Below, in pieces: positions 34,485 through 43,763 of a stretch of 64,000 nucleotides of DNA. The notes below the pieces were generated by a model. That model was not told the origin of the DNA. It was given only the letters and a program-made list of their open reading frames with translations, and searched no databases. The stretch's first letter is position 1, and each line of letters opens with the position of its first letter. Both the position numbers and the translations under genes were made by a program. Origin of the DNA: Candidatus Dojkabacteria bacterium (GTDB taxonomy: Bacteria; Patescibacteriota; Dojkabacteria; J137); the NCBI GenBank assembly GCA_030950485.1, contig JAUZRK010000001.1:103998-167997 (forward strand), written 5' to 3'.

Positions 34485-35570
34485 ATGACAAACCTTAAAC
34501 AAAACCTCAATCTTAAAAAATACAACTCTTACAGAGTAGAAGCTTTTGCTAAACACTTTATAGAAATAAATAACGAAAAAGACCTTGAAGAACTAAAAAA
34601 CATATCTGATTTTAAGAGCTTGAGAAAAATGGTCTTAGGTGACGGTTCTAATACTTTATTTGTAAATGATTATGATGGATTAATTATTAAAAATGATCTT
34701 AAAGGTAAAGAAATAGTTAAAGAAACAGATGAATACATATTAGTTAAAATTAATTCAGGAGAGAATTGGCATGAGTTTGTAACTTGGGCAGTAGAAAGCA
34801 ATTACGCAGGAGTTGAAAATATGGCTTTAATACCTGGAAGTATAGGAGCAGCTCCGGCTCAAAACATTGCAGCTTATGGACAGAACCAAAGTGATATTTT
34901 TGTAGAGCTGACAGCTTTCAATCTAGAAACTTTCGAATATGAAGTTTTTAATTCAGATAAATGTGATTTTAAATATAGGAGCAGTGTTTTCAAAAATGAA
35001 TTCAGAGATAAGTATTTTATTACTGACGTAACTTATAAACTTAGTAAGTACACTAAAGAATTAGAAACTAGTTACCACGAAAGAAAGCGAAGATATGGAT
35101 CACTTCAGGACGCTTTAGAAGCAGTTGGAAAAGAGCCTTTTGGGATTGATGATATTTATAATGCAGTTATTTACATGAGGAAAAGAAGATTACCTGATCC
35201 TGATAAAGTAGGAACAGTAGGTAGCTTTTTTATTAATCCTATCGTCTCTAAAGAAAAATTTGAAGAACTTTCGAAAATGGTTTCAGAACTTCAACATTAT
35301 CCTTTTGATAAACTAATGTATACAGAAAAAGAGTGGGATGTCATTAAGGATGACTATGTTAAAGTACCTGCTGCTAGATTTATTGACGAGAGAGGCTGGA
35401 AAGATAGATGGATAAATAATGTTGCAAGCTCCCCATCTCATGGGCTTTGTATAATTTCAAACTGGAGAGCTTCAGGTCAAGATATTCTAGACTATGCAAA
35501 CTTAGTTAAAAAAGATATTTTTGATACCTATGGAATTGAACTAGAGAGCGAGGTAAATATTATTCAGTAA
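34485..35570 (+). CDS. murB: UDP-N-acetylmuramate dehydrogenase
   Basis: LGDGSNTL, IPGSIGAAPAQNIAAYG, YRSSVFK, GSFFINP, LESEV. Confidence 0.95.
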   Translation: MTNLKQNLNLKKYNSYRVEAFAKHFIEINNEKDLEELKNISDFKSLRKMVLGDGSNTLFVNDYDGLIIKNDLKGKEIVKETDEYILVKINSGENWHEFVTWAVESNYAGVENMALIPGSIGAAPAQNIAAYGQNQSDIFVELTAFNLETFEYEVFNSDKCDFKYRSSVFKNEFRDKYFITDVTYKLSKYTKELETSYHERKRRYGSLQDALEAVGKEPFGIDDIYNAVIYMRKRRLPDPDKVGTVGSFFINPIVSKEKFEELSKMVSELQHYPFDKLMYTEKEWDVIKDDYVKVPAARFIDERGWKDRWINNVASSPSHGLCIISNWRASGQDILDYANLVKKDIFDTYGIELESEVNIIQ

Positions 35571-35772
35571 AGTAGTAGTTTAAAAGTAAAAAGTTAGAAG
35601 TAAAAAGTATAAGACGCAGTTATTACCTTACTTACTATGCAATACTTCTTATGTCTTAAATCGTATTTCATAAATCTAGCTTCTTGCCACTTTTTTTATT
35701 TGACTTTTTACTTTTAAATTTTAACTTTTCCTCTTAACTTATTTCACTAGTCACTCATCACTTATCGCATAT
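35568..35772. repeat. Nest of three heptamer families between murB and rsmI
   Basis: AAAAGT-type arm 35581-35610 with inverted ACTTT arm 35689-35729; TCTTA-type run 35647-35686; TCACT-type run 35744-35770. Confidence 0.75.
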
Positions 35773-35810
35773 TTCTACCTCTCATCTTAACGCTGTAGTA
35801 TAATCTAGTA

Positions 35811-36518
35811 ATGAAACTTACTATTTTAGGAACACCAATAGGAAATCTTGAAGATGTTACTATACGAGGACTAAGAACAATCTTCGAATCAAAAATAATT
35901 CTTGCTGAAGACACACGGTCGTACTCGAGACTCAAAGGGTTAATTAAACAAAGATTTCTAGAAACATTAAAAACATTAGAAATTGCATACGATACTGACC
36001 AAATGGTTACTTCTTATAGAGATCAAAACCATGATAGAGTAATAGAGCGAATACTTGATATTTTAAGATCTGGAGAAGAAGTTACTTTAGTTAGTGATGC
36101 TGGAATGCCTGGGATATCTGACCCTGGGTTTAAATTAATTAGAAGTGTAATAGAAGCTGGGTTTGAAGTTGATGTAATTCCTAGTACAACTGCAATAGCC
36201 CCTGCACTAATATTATCAGGTTTACCTACAGATAGATTTACTTTTCTAGGGTTTTTACCTAAACAGAAAGGAAAAGCTATTAAGCTTATAGAAAAAGATA
36301 TTGAAGAAAGAACGGTAGTATTTTATGAATCTCCATTTAGAATTAAAAAAGTAATTGATAATATATTTGAAAGTTACCCAGAAATAGATGTAGCATTAGT
36401 AGGAGAGATAACTAAAAAATTCCAAAGCACTTATCGAGGGAAAATCGCAGACGTAAAGGCTGCAATAAAAGATAAAAAATTCAAAGGAGAGTGGGTAATT
36501 TGTCTTAGAAAATTATAA
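35811..36518 (+). CDS. rsmI: 16S rRNA C1402 2'-O-methyltransferase
   Basis: TPIGNLEDVT, AEDTR, SDAGMPGISDPG, FYESPFR, EITKKF. Confidence 0.95.
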   Translation: MKLTILGTPIGNLEDVTIRGLRTIFESKIILAEDTRSYSRLKGLIKQRFLETLKTLEIAYDTDQMVTSYRDQNHDRVIERILDILRSGEEVTLVSDAGMPGISDPGFKLIRSVIEAGFEVDVIPSTTAIAPALILSGLPTDRFTFLGFLPKQKGKAIKLIEKDIEERTVVFYESPFRIKKVIDNIFESYPEIDVALVGEITKKFQSTYRGKIADVKAAIKDKKFKGEWVICLRKL

Positions 36519-36520
36519 CC

Positions 36521-37234
36521 ATGGAAATACAAAAATCAATAAATAAAGTTTTTATAGTAACAGCAGTCTATGTTGTTGGAATTTCTGTATTTTTAGCAAA
36601 TGTAACTTCTACAAAAGATAATAATAATGATTTCATTTTTGCAAATGATTCAATTTCTAAAAATAATTTAGATGGTACAAATGAAGAGATAGTCAAAGAA
36701 GAAATCGCTAACCAAGAAGATGTCATTGAAGATGTATTAACAAATGCAGTTGTAGACATAGAGTCTTTAAAGGATTCAAGTTTAAAATTAGAAAAATGCG
36801 GACTTTCATTTAGTAATATTACAAATGAACTAGATTCCAAGATACTAGTTACTCCATATAGAAATTTCTTTGGCAACAGATTAGAAGGCGCAAGAATCTT
36901 CCAAACAAAATCGGACGGAATAGAACTTCAGAGAGAGATTCTAGTTGAATGTGTAAAGACTAAAGATGATCTTGTAAGCTTTTATAAAAAAGTAATCTTA
37001 GAAATTAATAATGGTCAAAGTTATAGCTTTGAAAGCTTAAGTCCTGACACTAGATTCATTCTTACTGATCACATTGCGCTAAAATATACATTAGCTTCTA
37101 ATTCAAATACACCTGAATATTTAATAGTTTTTAAAAATAAAGCTACAGGAATAGGATATGTAATGAGAGTAATAGATAACTCTGATGATAAGAAAATTAT
37201 TGATAATATTATTTCAAGTATTGAGTTTATATAA
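36521..37234 (+). CDS. Membrane-anchored hypothetical protein
   Basis: N-terminal TM, C-terminal IISSIEF. Confidence 0.7.
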   Translation: MEIQKSINKVFIVTAVYVVGISVFLANVTSTKDNNNDFIFANDSISKNNLDGTNEEIVKEEIANQEDVIEDVLTNAVVDIESLKDSSLKLEKCGLSFSNITNELDSKILVTPYRNFFGNRLEGARIFQTKSDGIELQREILVECVKTKDDLVSFYKKVILEINNGQSYSFESLSPDTRFILTDHIALKYTLASNSNTPEYLIVFKNKATGIGYVMRVIDNSDDKKIIDNIISSIEFI

Positions 37235-38570
37235 TGAAGAAGTTTCCGAAAAACTTTCTATGGGGTTCAGCAACTGCAGCTTATCAAGTTGAGAGCAATA
37301 TAGAGAATAATTGGACCGCGTATATTCAGACAAGTGCACAACATAAAGCTAAAAATGCAAAAGAAGATCTTAAAAAACAAACTAACCTTTACGGTGAACT
37401 TAATAAAGTTACTCTAGATAGAATTGAAGATGATATTGATGATGTAGCTAATTATATTCCCAATGTATCAATTTCTCATCAAAAAAATTATAAACAAGAT
37501 ATAGCGCTAGCTAAAAGTTTAAATCATAATTCGTATCGTTTCTCACTTGAATGGGCAAAGATTGAACCTACAGAGGGGAATTACAACCAAGATGCAATAG
37601 AGCATTATCGTAATGTAATTAAAGAGCTTAGAGAAAATGATATAGAGCCTTTAGTTACTTTAGTACATTTCACTCTACCAAAATGGTTTCAAGATAAGGG
37701 AGCGTTTGAAAATAAGGATAATATAAAGTACTACTTAAAATATGTAAAAGAGTAGTTGGAGAGTATAGTGATGTTAATTATTGGATTACTATTAATGAAC
37801 CATTAATTTATACAATGGCGTCCTATCTTGCAGGGGTTTTCCCACCTAATAAATCAGTAGGTCTCTACGGCGCTTTCAAAGTCATTAAGAATCTAGCAAG
37901 AGCACATATTGAAGCTTACAAAGAAATCAAAAGTATTGATAATACAAAGAAGGTCGGAATTTCTAAAAATACAGTGTCTTCTAAAGTAGATAAGAGGTCT
38001 TTTATATTCTGGCCTCTTACTAAATTCCTAGATTATACTTTCAATACTTATTTTGTTAGTAAAACTAAAAAGCATTTAGTTTTCTTAGGTCTTAACTATT
38101 ATTATCTAGTTTACGGTAGGTTTAGTAGATTTATTAACTTAATTAAAATCTTATTCTTTGGAAGCGAGCCCGACCCATTCTCGAGCAGGCATTTAGAAGA
38201 TCCTGATATTATTGGTACTTCGGACATGGGTTGGTATTTGTATCCTAAAGGAATGTATGAAAGAGTAATGTTTTATCATAAAAAATATAAGTTACCTATT
38301 ATGATTACGGAACACGGACTCGCAGACAAGGAGGATCGAATACGATTGGAATATACTAAACAATCTCTTGAATATTTACATCAAGCTATAACTGATGGAG
38401 CTGAGGTTTTAGGATATATGCATTGGTCTTTGTTAGATAATTTTGAATGGGATAAAGGATATTGGCCTAAGTTTGGGTTAGTTGAGGTAGATATAAAAAC
38501 AGGAGAGAGAAGAGTTAGAGAGAGCGCTAAGAAAATTGGAGAAATTTATAAAAATAACTACATAGAATAG
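37234..38570 (+). pseudogene. GH1 beta-glucosidase, frameshift ~37750
   Basis: WGSATAAYQVE, YRFSLEW, WITINEP in the shifted frame, ITEHG, WSLLDNFEW. Confidence 0.88.
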
Positions 38571-38635
38571 AATTGAAATCAGTTTTATAAGCCAAGAATA
38601 AATTTTTTCTAATTTAACTTATTTATAACTCTAGT

Positions 38636-39262
38636 ATGATTGAAATTGAAAAGAGAAGTCTAATTGATAAAGTTAAATTTAACCAATTTAGATCCGAATT
38701 AAGAAAAATTTCAGACGAATCTGTTCAAAAGAGATTTACAGTAGTTTTCGTCGAAAGAGAGGATTTCGTACCTGATAAAAATGCTACTAATGATTTTAAA
38801 TTACGTACAATTAATGGTACGGGAGAGCTTGTATTAAAACAGGGGAATTGGCACAGTAGTTCTGAGAGAAAAGAATTCACAGTAAAATATGACGTCTCAA
38901 CATTTGGGGACTTATTGCATATGCTAGTTGCTCTTGGCAGAAAATACGGAGTAACTACTTACGTTAATAGATATAAATATATAATCGGAGATCTTACTAT
39001 TACTATTGATTCCTACGATTTAATGAGTGACTACTGGGTTGAGATCGAGAAAGTGGTTATGGATGGTGAAGATACTACGGCTGCTAATTCTGAAATTGAT
39101 GCGTTTATGCAAGAATATAATCTCGACTTTTTAGATTCAAAGGGAACTGTTGATTATATTACTAAAATGAATAATCAAGAAGAAAGAAGAGTTTTATTTG
39201 ATAAAGTAGATATTCAAAAATGGGTAGAGGAGAGAATTGATTATATTAATGGACTAAAATAA
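38636..39262 (+). CDS. CYTH domain protein
   Basis: IEIEKR N-terminal ExExK; WVEIE. Confidence 0.8.
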   Translation: MIEIEKRSLIDKVKFNQFRSELRKISDESVQKRFTVVFVEREDFVPDKNATNDFKLRTINGTGELVLKQGNWHSSSERKEFTVKYDVSTFGDLLHMLVALGRKYGVTTYVNRYKYIIGDLTITIDSYDLMSDYWVEIEKVVMDGEDTTAANSEIDAFMQEYNLDFLDSKGTVDYITKMNNQEERRVLFDKVDIQKWVEERIDYINGLK

Positions 39263-39265
39263 GTA

Positions 39266-39886
39266 ATGAAACTAAACATTGCATTAAAAATAAATGATTC
39301 AGATATAGAAAAACTCATTTCTTTTACTGACGGTATTACAGCTAAATATAACCCTGTTTTTAAAATAAACGATACTGACAGAATCCCTCATCTTACTTTA
39401 TTTCAAGGTAACTTTAATGATTCAGAGATAGATGCTTTAAATGATTCTATAAAAAGACTTGCTAGTAATTATTCTCCGTTTAAACTTTACGGACTTCGGC
39501 TTTTAAGTGAACATTTAACTCCTACTTCTATTTGGTATCAATTTGCTAATAGAATTAAATTAATAGCCCTTCATTTTGAAACATTAAGTTTAGTAAGCGA
39601 GTTTGATATTTCTTTAGAAGATAAATTTAAAAAGGGTAGTGAGTTTTTAGATAAGCTTAATCCAATTCAGAAAGAGCAGATTGAAAGATTTAAAAATCCA
39701 TATCTTGGGTATGTTTATGATCCACATATTACTCTTTGTAGATTAGAAAATAATGAAGATGTTCAAAATATAGTAAATGAATTTACACCTGATCTTTGGG
39801 AAATTAGAATTGAGGGTATTTCTATTTTTGAGGGTGGAGAGCACGGGACTTGTAAGAATGTCATTAATGAATTTACTTTTACGTGA
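39266..39886 (+). CDS. 2H phosphoesterase (2'-5' RNA ligase family)
   Basis: Two HxT motifs PHLTL and PHITL. Confidence 0.85.
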   Translation: MKLNIALKINDSDIEKLISFTDGITAKYNPVFKINDTDRIPHLTLFQGNFNDSEIDALNDSIKRLASNYSPFKLYGLRLLSEHLTPTSIWYQFANRIKLIALHFETLSLVSEFDISLEDKFKKGSEFLDKLNPIQKEQIERFKNPYLGYVYDPHITLCRLENNEDVQNIVNEFTPDLWEIRIEGISIFEGGEHGTCKNVINEFTFT

Positions 39887-40529
39887 TTAAATTCTGGAGT
39901 AGAGTAATAGCTGGGTTTAGGTAACAACTTTGAATTTTTGCTTTTATTATATTATCTGGTATTTCAATCAATAAATCGTCATCGCCAGCAATATCTTTCC
40001 ATTTCTTTAAATCATTCAATTCAACCCATATATATCCATCTCCCTCTGTTAAAACTGGCTGAAAACTATTTCTTACCTGAATTGAATAAAAGTGAAACTT
40101 AATATCATGTCATCCGACTTTCTTACCTAGTTTTGAATTTGCAAATTCGCCTCTTAGAATCCCCAACTCCACATTTGTTTCATCCAACCTATATATTTCT
40201 CCATTCTCTGATTTAATTTTTCTTCTTAGTGTAGTAGCTAGATTAGGTTCTGTACTTTCCATTCTTCCTCCTGGAAAAGCAAAGAAAAGTTGGCCATCAG
40301 CTCCCTTTTCTATAATCATTAATAATTTGTTACTCTCGTTAATGATCATAGCTTTAGCAGCTAACCAACAGTCTTCTATTGGATCAACAACTAGCTCTTG
40401 TTTCTTTCCACTTCGATATTCAACGATTTCAAATGTCATGCCATTTTCTATATGCATCGCTCTAATTTCTTGATTTGTTGTATACTCATGAGTACTTTCG
40501 TTATTTTCTTGTTTATCAGGTTTATCCAA
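39879..40529 (-). pseudogene. NUDIX hydrolase with in-frame TGA at 40110 and eroded Nudix box
   Basis: FPGGRMESTE..TTLRRKIKSENG; frame continues VG*HDIKFHFY...YIWVEL to TAA 39879. Confidence 0.65.
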
Positions 40530-40647
40530 TTATTAAATTATAACTTATCTCAAAGGCTATATATGTTTTCAAAAATATATAAATATTTAGTTGCTATATT
40601 TAGGCACACTAGTACAACATATCTTGTTAATATATTAAAGTAAAGAT

Positions 40648-41004
40648 ATGAGTGATCAATATGAAGATACACAGATAATACCTCATTTAGAAGAAATTGC
40701 AGAGGCAGATCCTGAGTTAGGACTAATACTTAATGAGTTAGATGGAAAAGAGGCTAGTACTGAAGAGCGTAAAAATCTTAGTGGTATTAATACTGAGGCA
40801 AAAGTAAATCTTGCTCAATTAAGGCCAGCGAAAAGAACACGACTAGCATTAGATACAATAGATTTATTACAAACTACGGAGACTGTTTCTGGAGCTATAA
40901 AATATGTTTCCACAACACCTTATGGGGAAGTAAGCACTCCAATGAAATTAATTCAGGGTTTGAATCAGGTAAGTGGCTTACCAAGACATGATGATGAGTC
41001 ATAG
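40648..41004 (+). CDS. Hypothetical protein
   Basis: 118-aa ORF followed by terminator. Confidence 0.6.
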   Translation: MSDQYEDTQIIPHLEEIAEADPELGLILNELDGKEASTEERKNLSGINTEAKVNLAQLRPAKRTRLALDTIDLLQTTETVSGAIKYVSTTPYGEVSTPMKLIQGLNQVSGLPRHDDES

Positions 41005-41024
41005 TATAGAAAAAGAAAGCTAAT

Positions 41025-41053
41025 AAAAAAAAGCCCCTTCGGGGGCTTTTTTT
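41025..41053. terminator. Bidirectional intrinsic terminator
   Basis: A8-GCCCC-TTCG-GGGGC-T7 between convergent genes. Confidence 0.9.
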
Positions 41054-41058
41054 ATTCA

Positions 41059-41619
41059 TTAGAATTTTAATCTCTTGGTCTTCTCTAAAGCCTCTTCAAA
41101 AGAAAGATTCAACTTATTCGCATAATAATCAGTAACTGAATGATAAACTTTATCATCCCAGTTAAAACCTAATTTTTCTGCAACAGGCTTAATACTTTCT
41201 ACACTTTCGCCTTCAATTTCAACTAAAGGCTCAACTATTGGATAAGTATCAATAACTATCTCACACCCGTCTAACTCCCAGATCTCTCTATATTTTTCTT
41301 GGACATAATCATACTTTAACCCCGCTAATTCTAAAATCTTTACTGCATCTTCAAAATTTGAAACATTAATTTCTGTTTCTTTTTGATCAGAGATTTCATC
41401 ACCTTTTCTAGCGTGAATTTTTGCAGTCATTGTAATCTTATCCCCCTCGTCTCTAACTCTAACGTAATGTACCTTCATTTCTTTATTCTCGGTATTCCCA
41501 AACATAATTATCCTCATTAATGTTTCCGCCTGAATAAGTTCAGCGTTTGACTCTTTTAATGATTTTCTAACATTATCTTTATTTATATCTAAAAATTTTA
41601 CTTCTAATTCTGTATTCAT
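41059..41619 (-). CDS. CYTH / class IV adenylate cyclase-like protein
   Basis: ELEVKF, VRVRDEG, EKYREIW, IDTYP, VEIEG. Confidence 0.85.
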   Translation of the reverse strand: MNTELEVKFLDINKDNVRKSLKESNAELIQAETLMRIIMFGNTENKEMKVHYVRVRDEGDKITMTAKIHARKGDEISDQKETEINVSNFEDAVKILELAGLKYDYVQEKYREIWELDGCEIVIDTYPIVEPLVEIEGESVESIKPVAEKLGFNWDDKVYHSVTDYYANKLNLSFEEALEKTKRLKF

Positions 41620-42512
41620 TATTCGCCTAATTTAACTAAATTATTTAAAGTAATATATCCAGCCCATTCAATCTTTGCTGCTTCCCATTCTGAATCGTAA
41701 TCACCATACCAGCTCCAACTAGGATACCATCCGCCATCATTTTCTTGTTTTAAAACTAACCATTCTAAATTTTCTTTGTATGAATCATTTAATAATTCAT
41801 AATACTGATCATTTTCAGAATCTATAAAGTTAATAGGCATTGGAACATAATTATCCCAATTACTAGAATCTAAATCTACAGATTTTAATATCAGTTCCCC
41901 CAATTTTTTCGATAGAGATTTATCACCGCTTTCAACTAAAACTTTATTCAATCTTTTATAGCAGAGTAATTCATGGTATTCCATATCTTGTGAATTCAAT
42001 AATCTATCCTTAGCAAAGCCTAATATCCTTTCAAGATTAACCTTATCAAAGTTATTTTTATATTTTAATAAGTACCCAATTATTTCAGCACTAGGATTCC
42101 CCCAGGTCAAATCAAATCCAGTTTTATCATTCTCTAAATCAAAGTTCCACCAAGGAGCATGAGCTGATTTATTAGCCGCCAGAGTTATCGCTCTCCACAT
42201 ATTTCTTTCTTCATCAAATGTATTAATAAAATAATTTAATGAATCATTTAAAAAATCTGGAAGTTTATCTATATTTAATCTTTCAAAATATTGAAAGGCT
42301 AGAGTAGTAGCTATCGCAGAAGAATTGTTAGTTCTCATGTCTGGCTCTAGTGCGTTTCCAAACCCGAAATCAGCATTTTGATAATTCTTTAGTTCATTTA
42401 AAACTCTATCACGTGAACCTCTCTCGAATAAATACTCGTATAAAGTTTTATCTAATTCCCTTGCATTAGATTTAATGAATTCTTTAGCTTTATTTATAAC
42501 TTGTGATTTCAT
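41619..42512 (-). CDS. Conserved alpha/alpha-toroid (prenyltransferase-like) protein
   Basis: YQNADFGFGNALEPD, HAPWW, QENDGGW. Confidence 0.7.
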   Translation of the reverse strand: MKSQVINKAKEFIKSNARELDKTLYEYLFERGSRDRVLNELKNYQNADFGFGNALEPDMRTNNSSAIATTLAFQYFERLNIDKLPDFLNDSLNYFINTFDEERNMWRAITLAANKSAHAPWWNFDLENDKTGFDLTWGNPSAEIIGYLLKYKNNFDKVNLERILGFAKDRLLNSQDMEYHELLCYKRLNKVLVESGDKSLSKKLGELILKSVDLDSSNWDNYVPMPINFIDSENDQYYELLNDSYKENLEWLVLKQENDGGWYPSWSWYGDYDSEWEAAKIEWAGYITLNNLVKLGE

Positions 42513-42518
42513 ATTTTT

Positions 42519-42560
42519 TAGATCTGTGTAAATCTGTAAGATCTGTTAAATCAGTGTTCT
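42519..42560. repeat. Orphan ~9-mer array (ATCTGT units)
   Basis: gatctgtgta aatctgtaa gatctgtta aatcagtgtt; similar array at 53236-53277. Confidence 0.65.
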
Positions 42561-42622
42561 ATTAGATTTGTTAAAAGTGCAAGCAGTTTAGGCGGATTCC
42601 TGCAGATTAACTTTTCTTCGCT

Positions 42623-42952
42623 TTAATCAATTTCTACAGTAATTCTATATGGCCTTCCAATAGCATCTAGAACCTTAGCTAAATATTCAACTGAAATATT
42701 CTGCTGACCTCTTTCTAGCCTAGAAATTGATGCAGGCTTTGTATTAATTCTTTCAGCTACTTCTTTTTGAGTTAAACCTTCTGCGATTCTCGCTTTTTCA
42801 ACTTTCTCTGCTATGTCTAAGCCGTATTTTTTTCTAAGCTCCAACCTGGTCTCTTCTGCTTCTTTATAAAATTTTTCACGATCTTTAAGATCGGGATAGT
42901 ATTTTCTTATTAGTTGCTCATGGCTTATTAATTTTGATTCATCTATTTTCAT
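42623..42952 (-). CDS. HigA-like XRE HTH antitoxin
   Basis: GLTQKEVAERINTKPASISRLERG; downstream of RelE-like gene. Confidence 0.85.
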   Translation of the reverse strand: MKIDESKLISHEQLIRKYYPDLKDREKFYKEAEETRLELRKKYGLDIAEKVEKARIAEGLTQKEVAERINTKPASISRLERGQQNISVEYLAKVLDAIGRPYRITVEID

Positions 42953-42959
42953 AGATCTG

Positions 42960-43271
42960 TTACTTAATAAATAAATCTTTATATCTTTTTGAAGCCAAAT
43001 TTAAAACCTGCATTGGTGTTTTCTGTGACTTCTTATGAAATACAAGTAGTACATATATGTTAGGACTTACCTTTACTGTAATAGATCTATAGATATTTCT
43101 ATCAACCCTAATTCTAAATTCGTAAAATCTACTACCTTTTAATTTCTTTAGTGTCTTTATCTTTAGCTGTTCATTAGCTATGAATGAATTAAATACCGCA
43201 AAGAATTTATTCCTTACCTTAGAAGGCAGCTTTTCCAATTCTTTGTCTACTTTATAGTAATGTTTTATCAT
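42960..43271 (-). CDS. RelE/HigB-family toxin
   Basis: KKLKG..FYEFRI..IYR..VFHKKSQKTP. Confidence 0.87.
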   Translation of the reverse strand: MIKHYYKVDKELEKLPSKVRNKFFAVFNSFIANEQLKIKTLKKLKGSRFYEFRIRVDRNIYRSITVKVSPNIYVLLVFHKKSQKTPMQVLNLASKRYKDLFIK

Positions 43272-43275
43272 AAAC

Positions 43276-43291
43276 TTAACATATATGTTAA
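43276..43291. promoter_or_regulatory. Probable TA operator
   Basis: Perfect palindrome TTAACATATATGTTAA 4 nt upstream of the toxin ATG. Confidence 0.6.
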
Positions 43292-43297
43292 TACTGA

Positions 43298-43326
43298 AAT
43301 TGTTCTAATTAACCTAATTGTCTAAA
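43298..43326. repeat. Downstream arm (9-mer units) of inverted repeat enclosing second four-helix-bundle gene
   Basis: aattgttctaattaacctaattgtctaaa pairs with 43691-43720. Confidence 0.85.
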
Positions 43327-43687
43327 GGTTCTTAGACTTAACTTTTCTGTAAATTGAGTTTAGTATTAAGTTCAATTCATTTGCTTCTTTCCATAAGACT
43401 CCTATTTCTTTTTTTATGTATGGAACAGCCGTTGCTAACATCCTGAGGTGATGCTTTGTTTCTCTAGCTTCTTTTTTACTGATACCAATTTTATTTGCAA
43501 AGTCTTTAGAACTAACAGCGTCATCAGCCTCTGCATAATTAGCGCCAACACTTGTAGATGACCTGATTAGTTGAGAGATTATAGGTTTAGAAATAATATC
43601 TACACTAATTCTCTTACACATTAAGATTACATTTTCTCCAAATTTTGCCGTTCTTTCCTCAAGGTTATACTTTTCTTTATTTTGCAT
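43322..43687 (-). CDS. Four helix bundle protein (TIGR02436-like)
   Basis: LEERT..F, QLIRSSTSVGANYAEA, SSKDFANKIGISKKEARET. Confidence 0.93.
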   Translation of the reverse strand: MQNKEKYNLEERTAKFGENVILMCKRISVDIISKPIISQLIRSSTSVGANYAEADDAVSSKDFANKIGISKKEARETKHHLRMLATAVPYIKKEIGVLWKEANELNLILNSIYRKVKSKNL

Positions 43688-43690
43688 TCT

Positions 43691-43730
43691 TTTAGAGTAA
43701 TTAGGTTAATTAGTGCAATTAGAATAATTT
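43691..43730. repeat. Upstream arm (9-mer units) of the same inverted repeat
   Basis: tttagag taattaggt taattagtg caattagaa taattt. Confidence 0.85.
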
Positions 43731-43763
43731 TTCAATTTATATTTTTTACTTTTACATTTTTAG

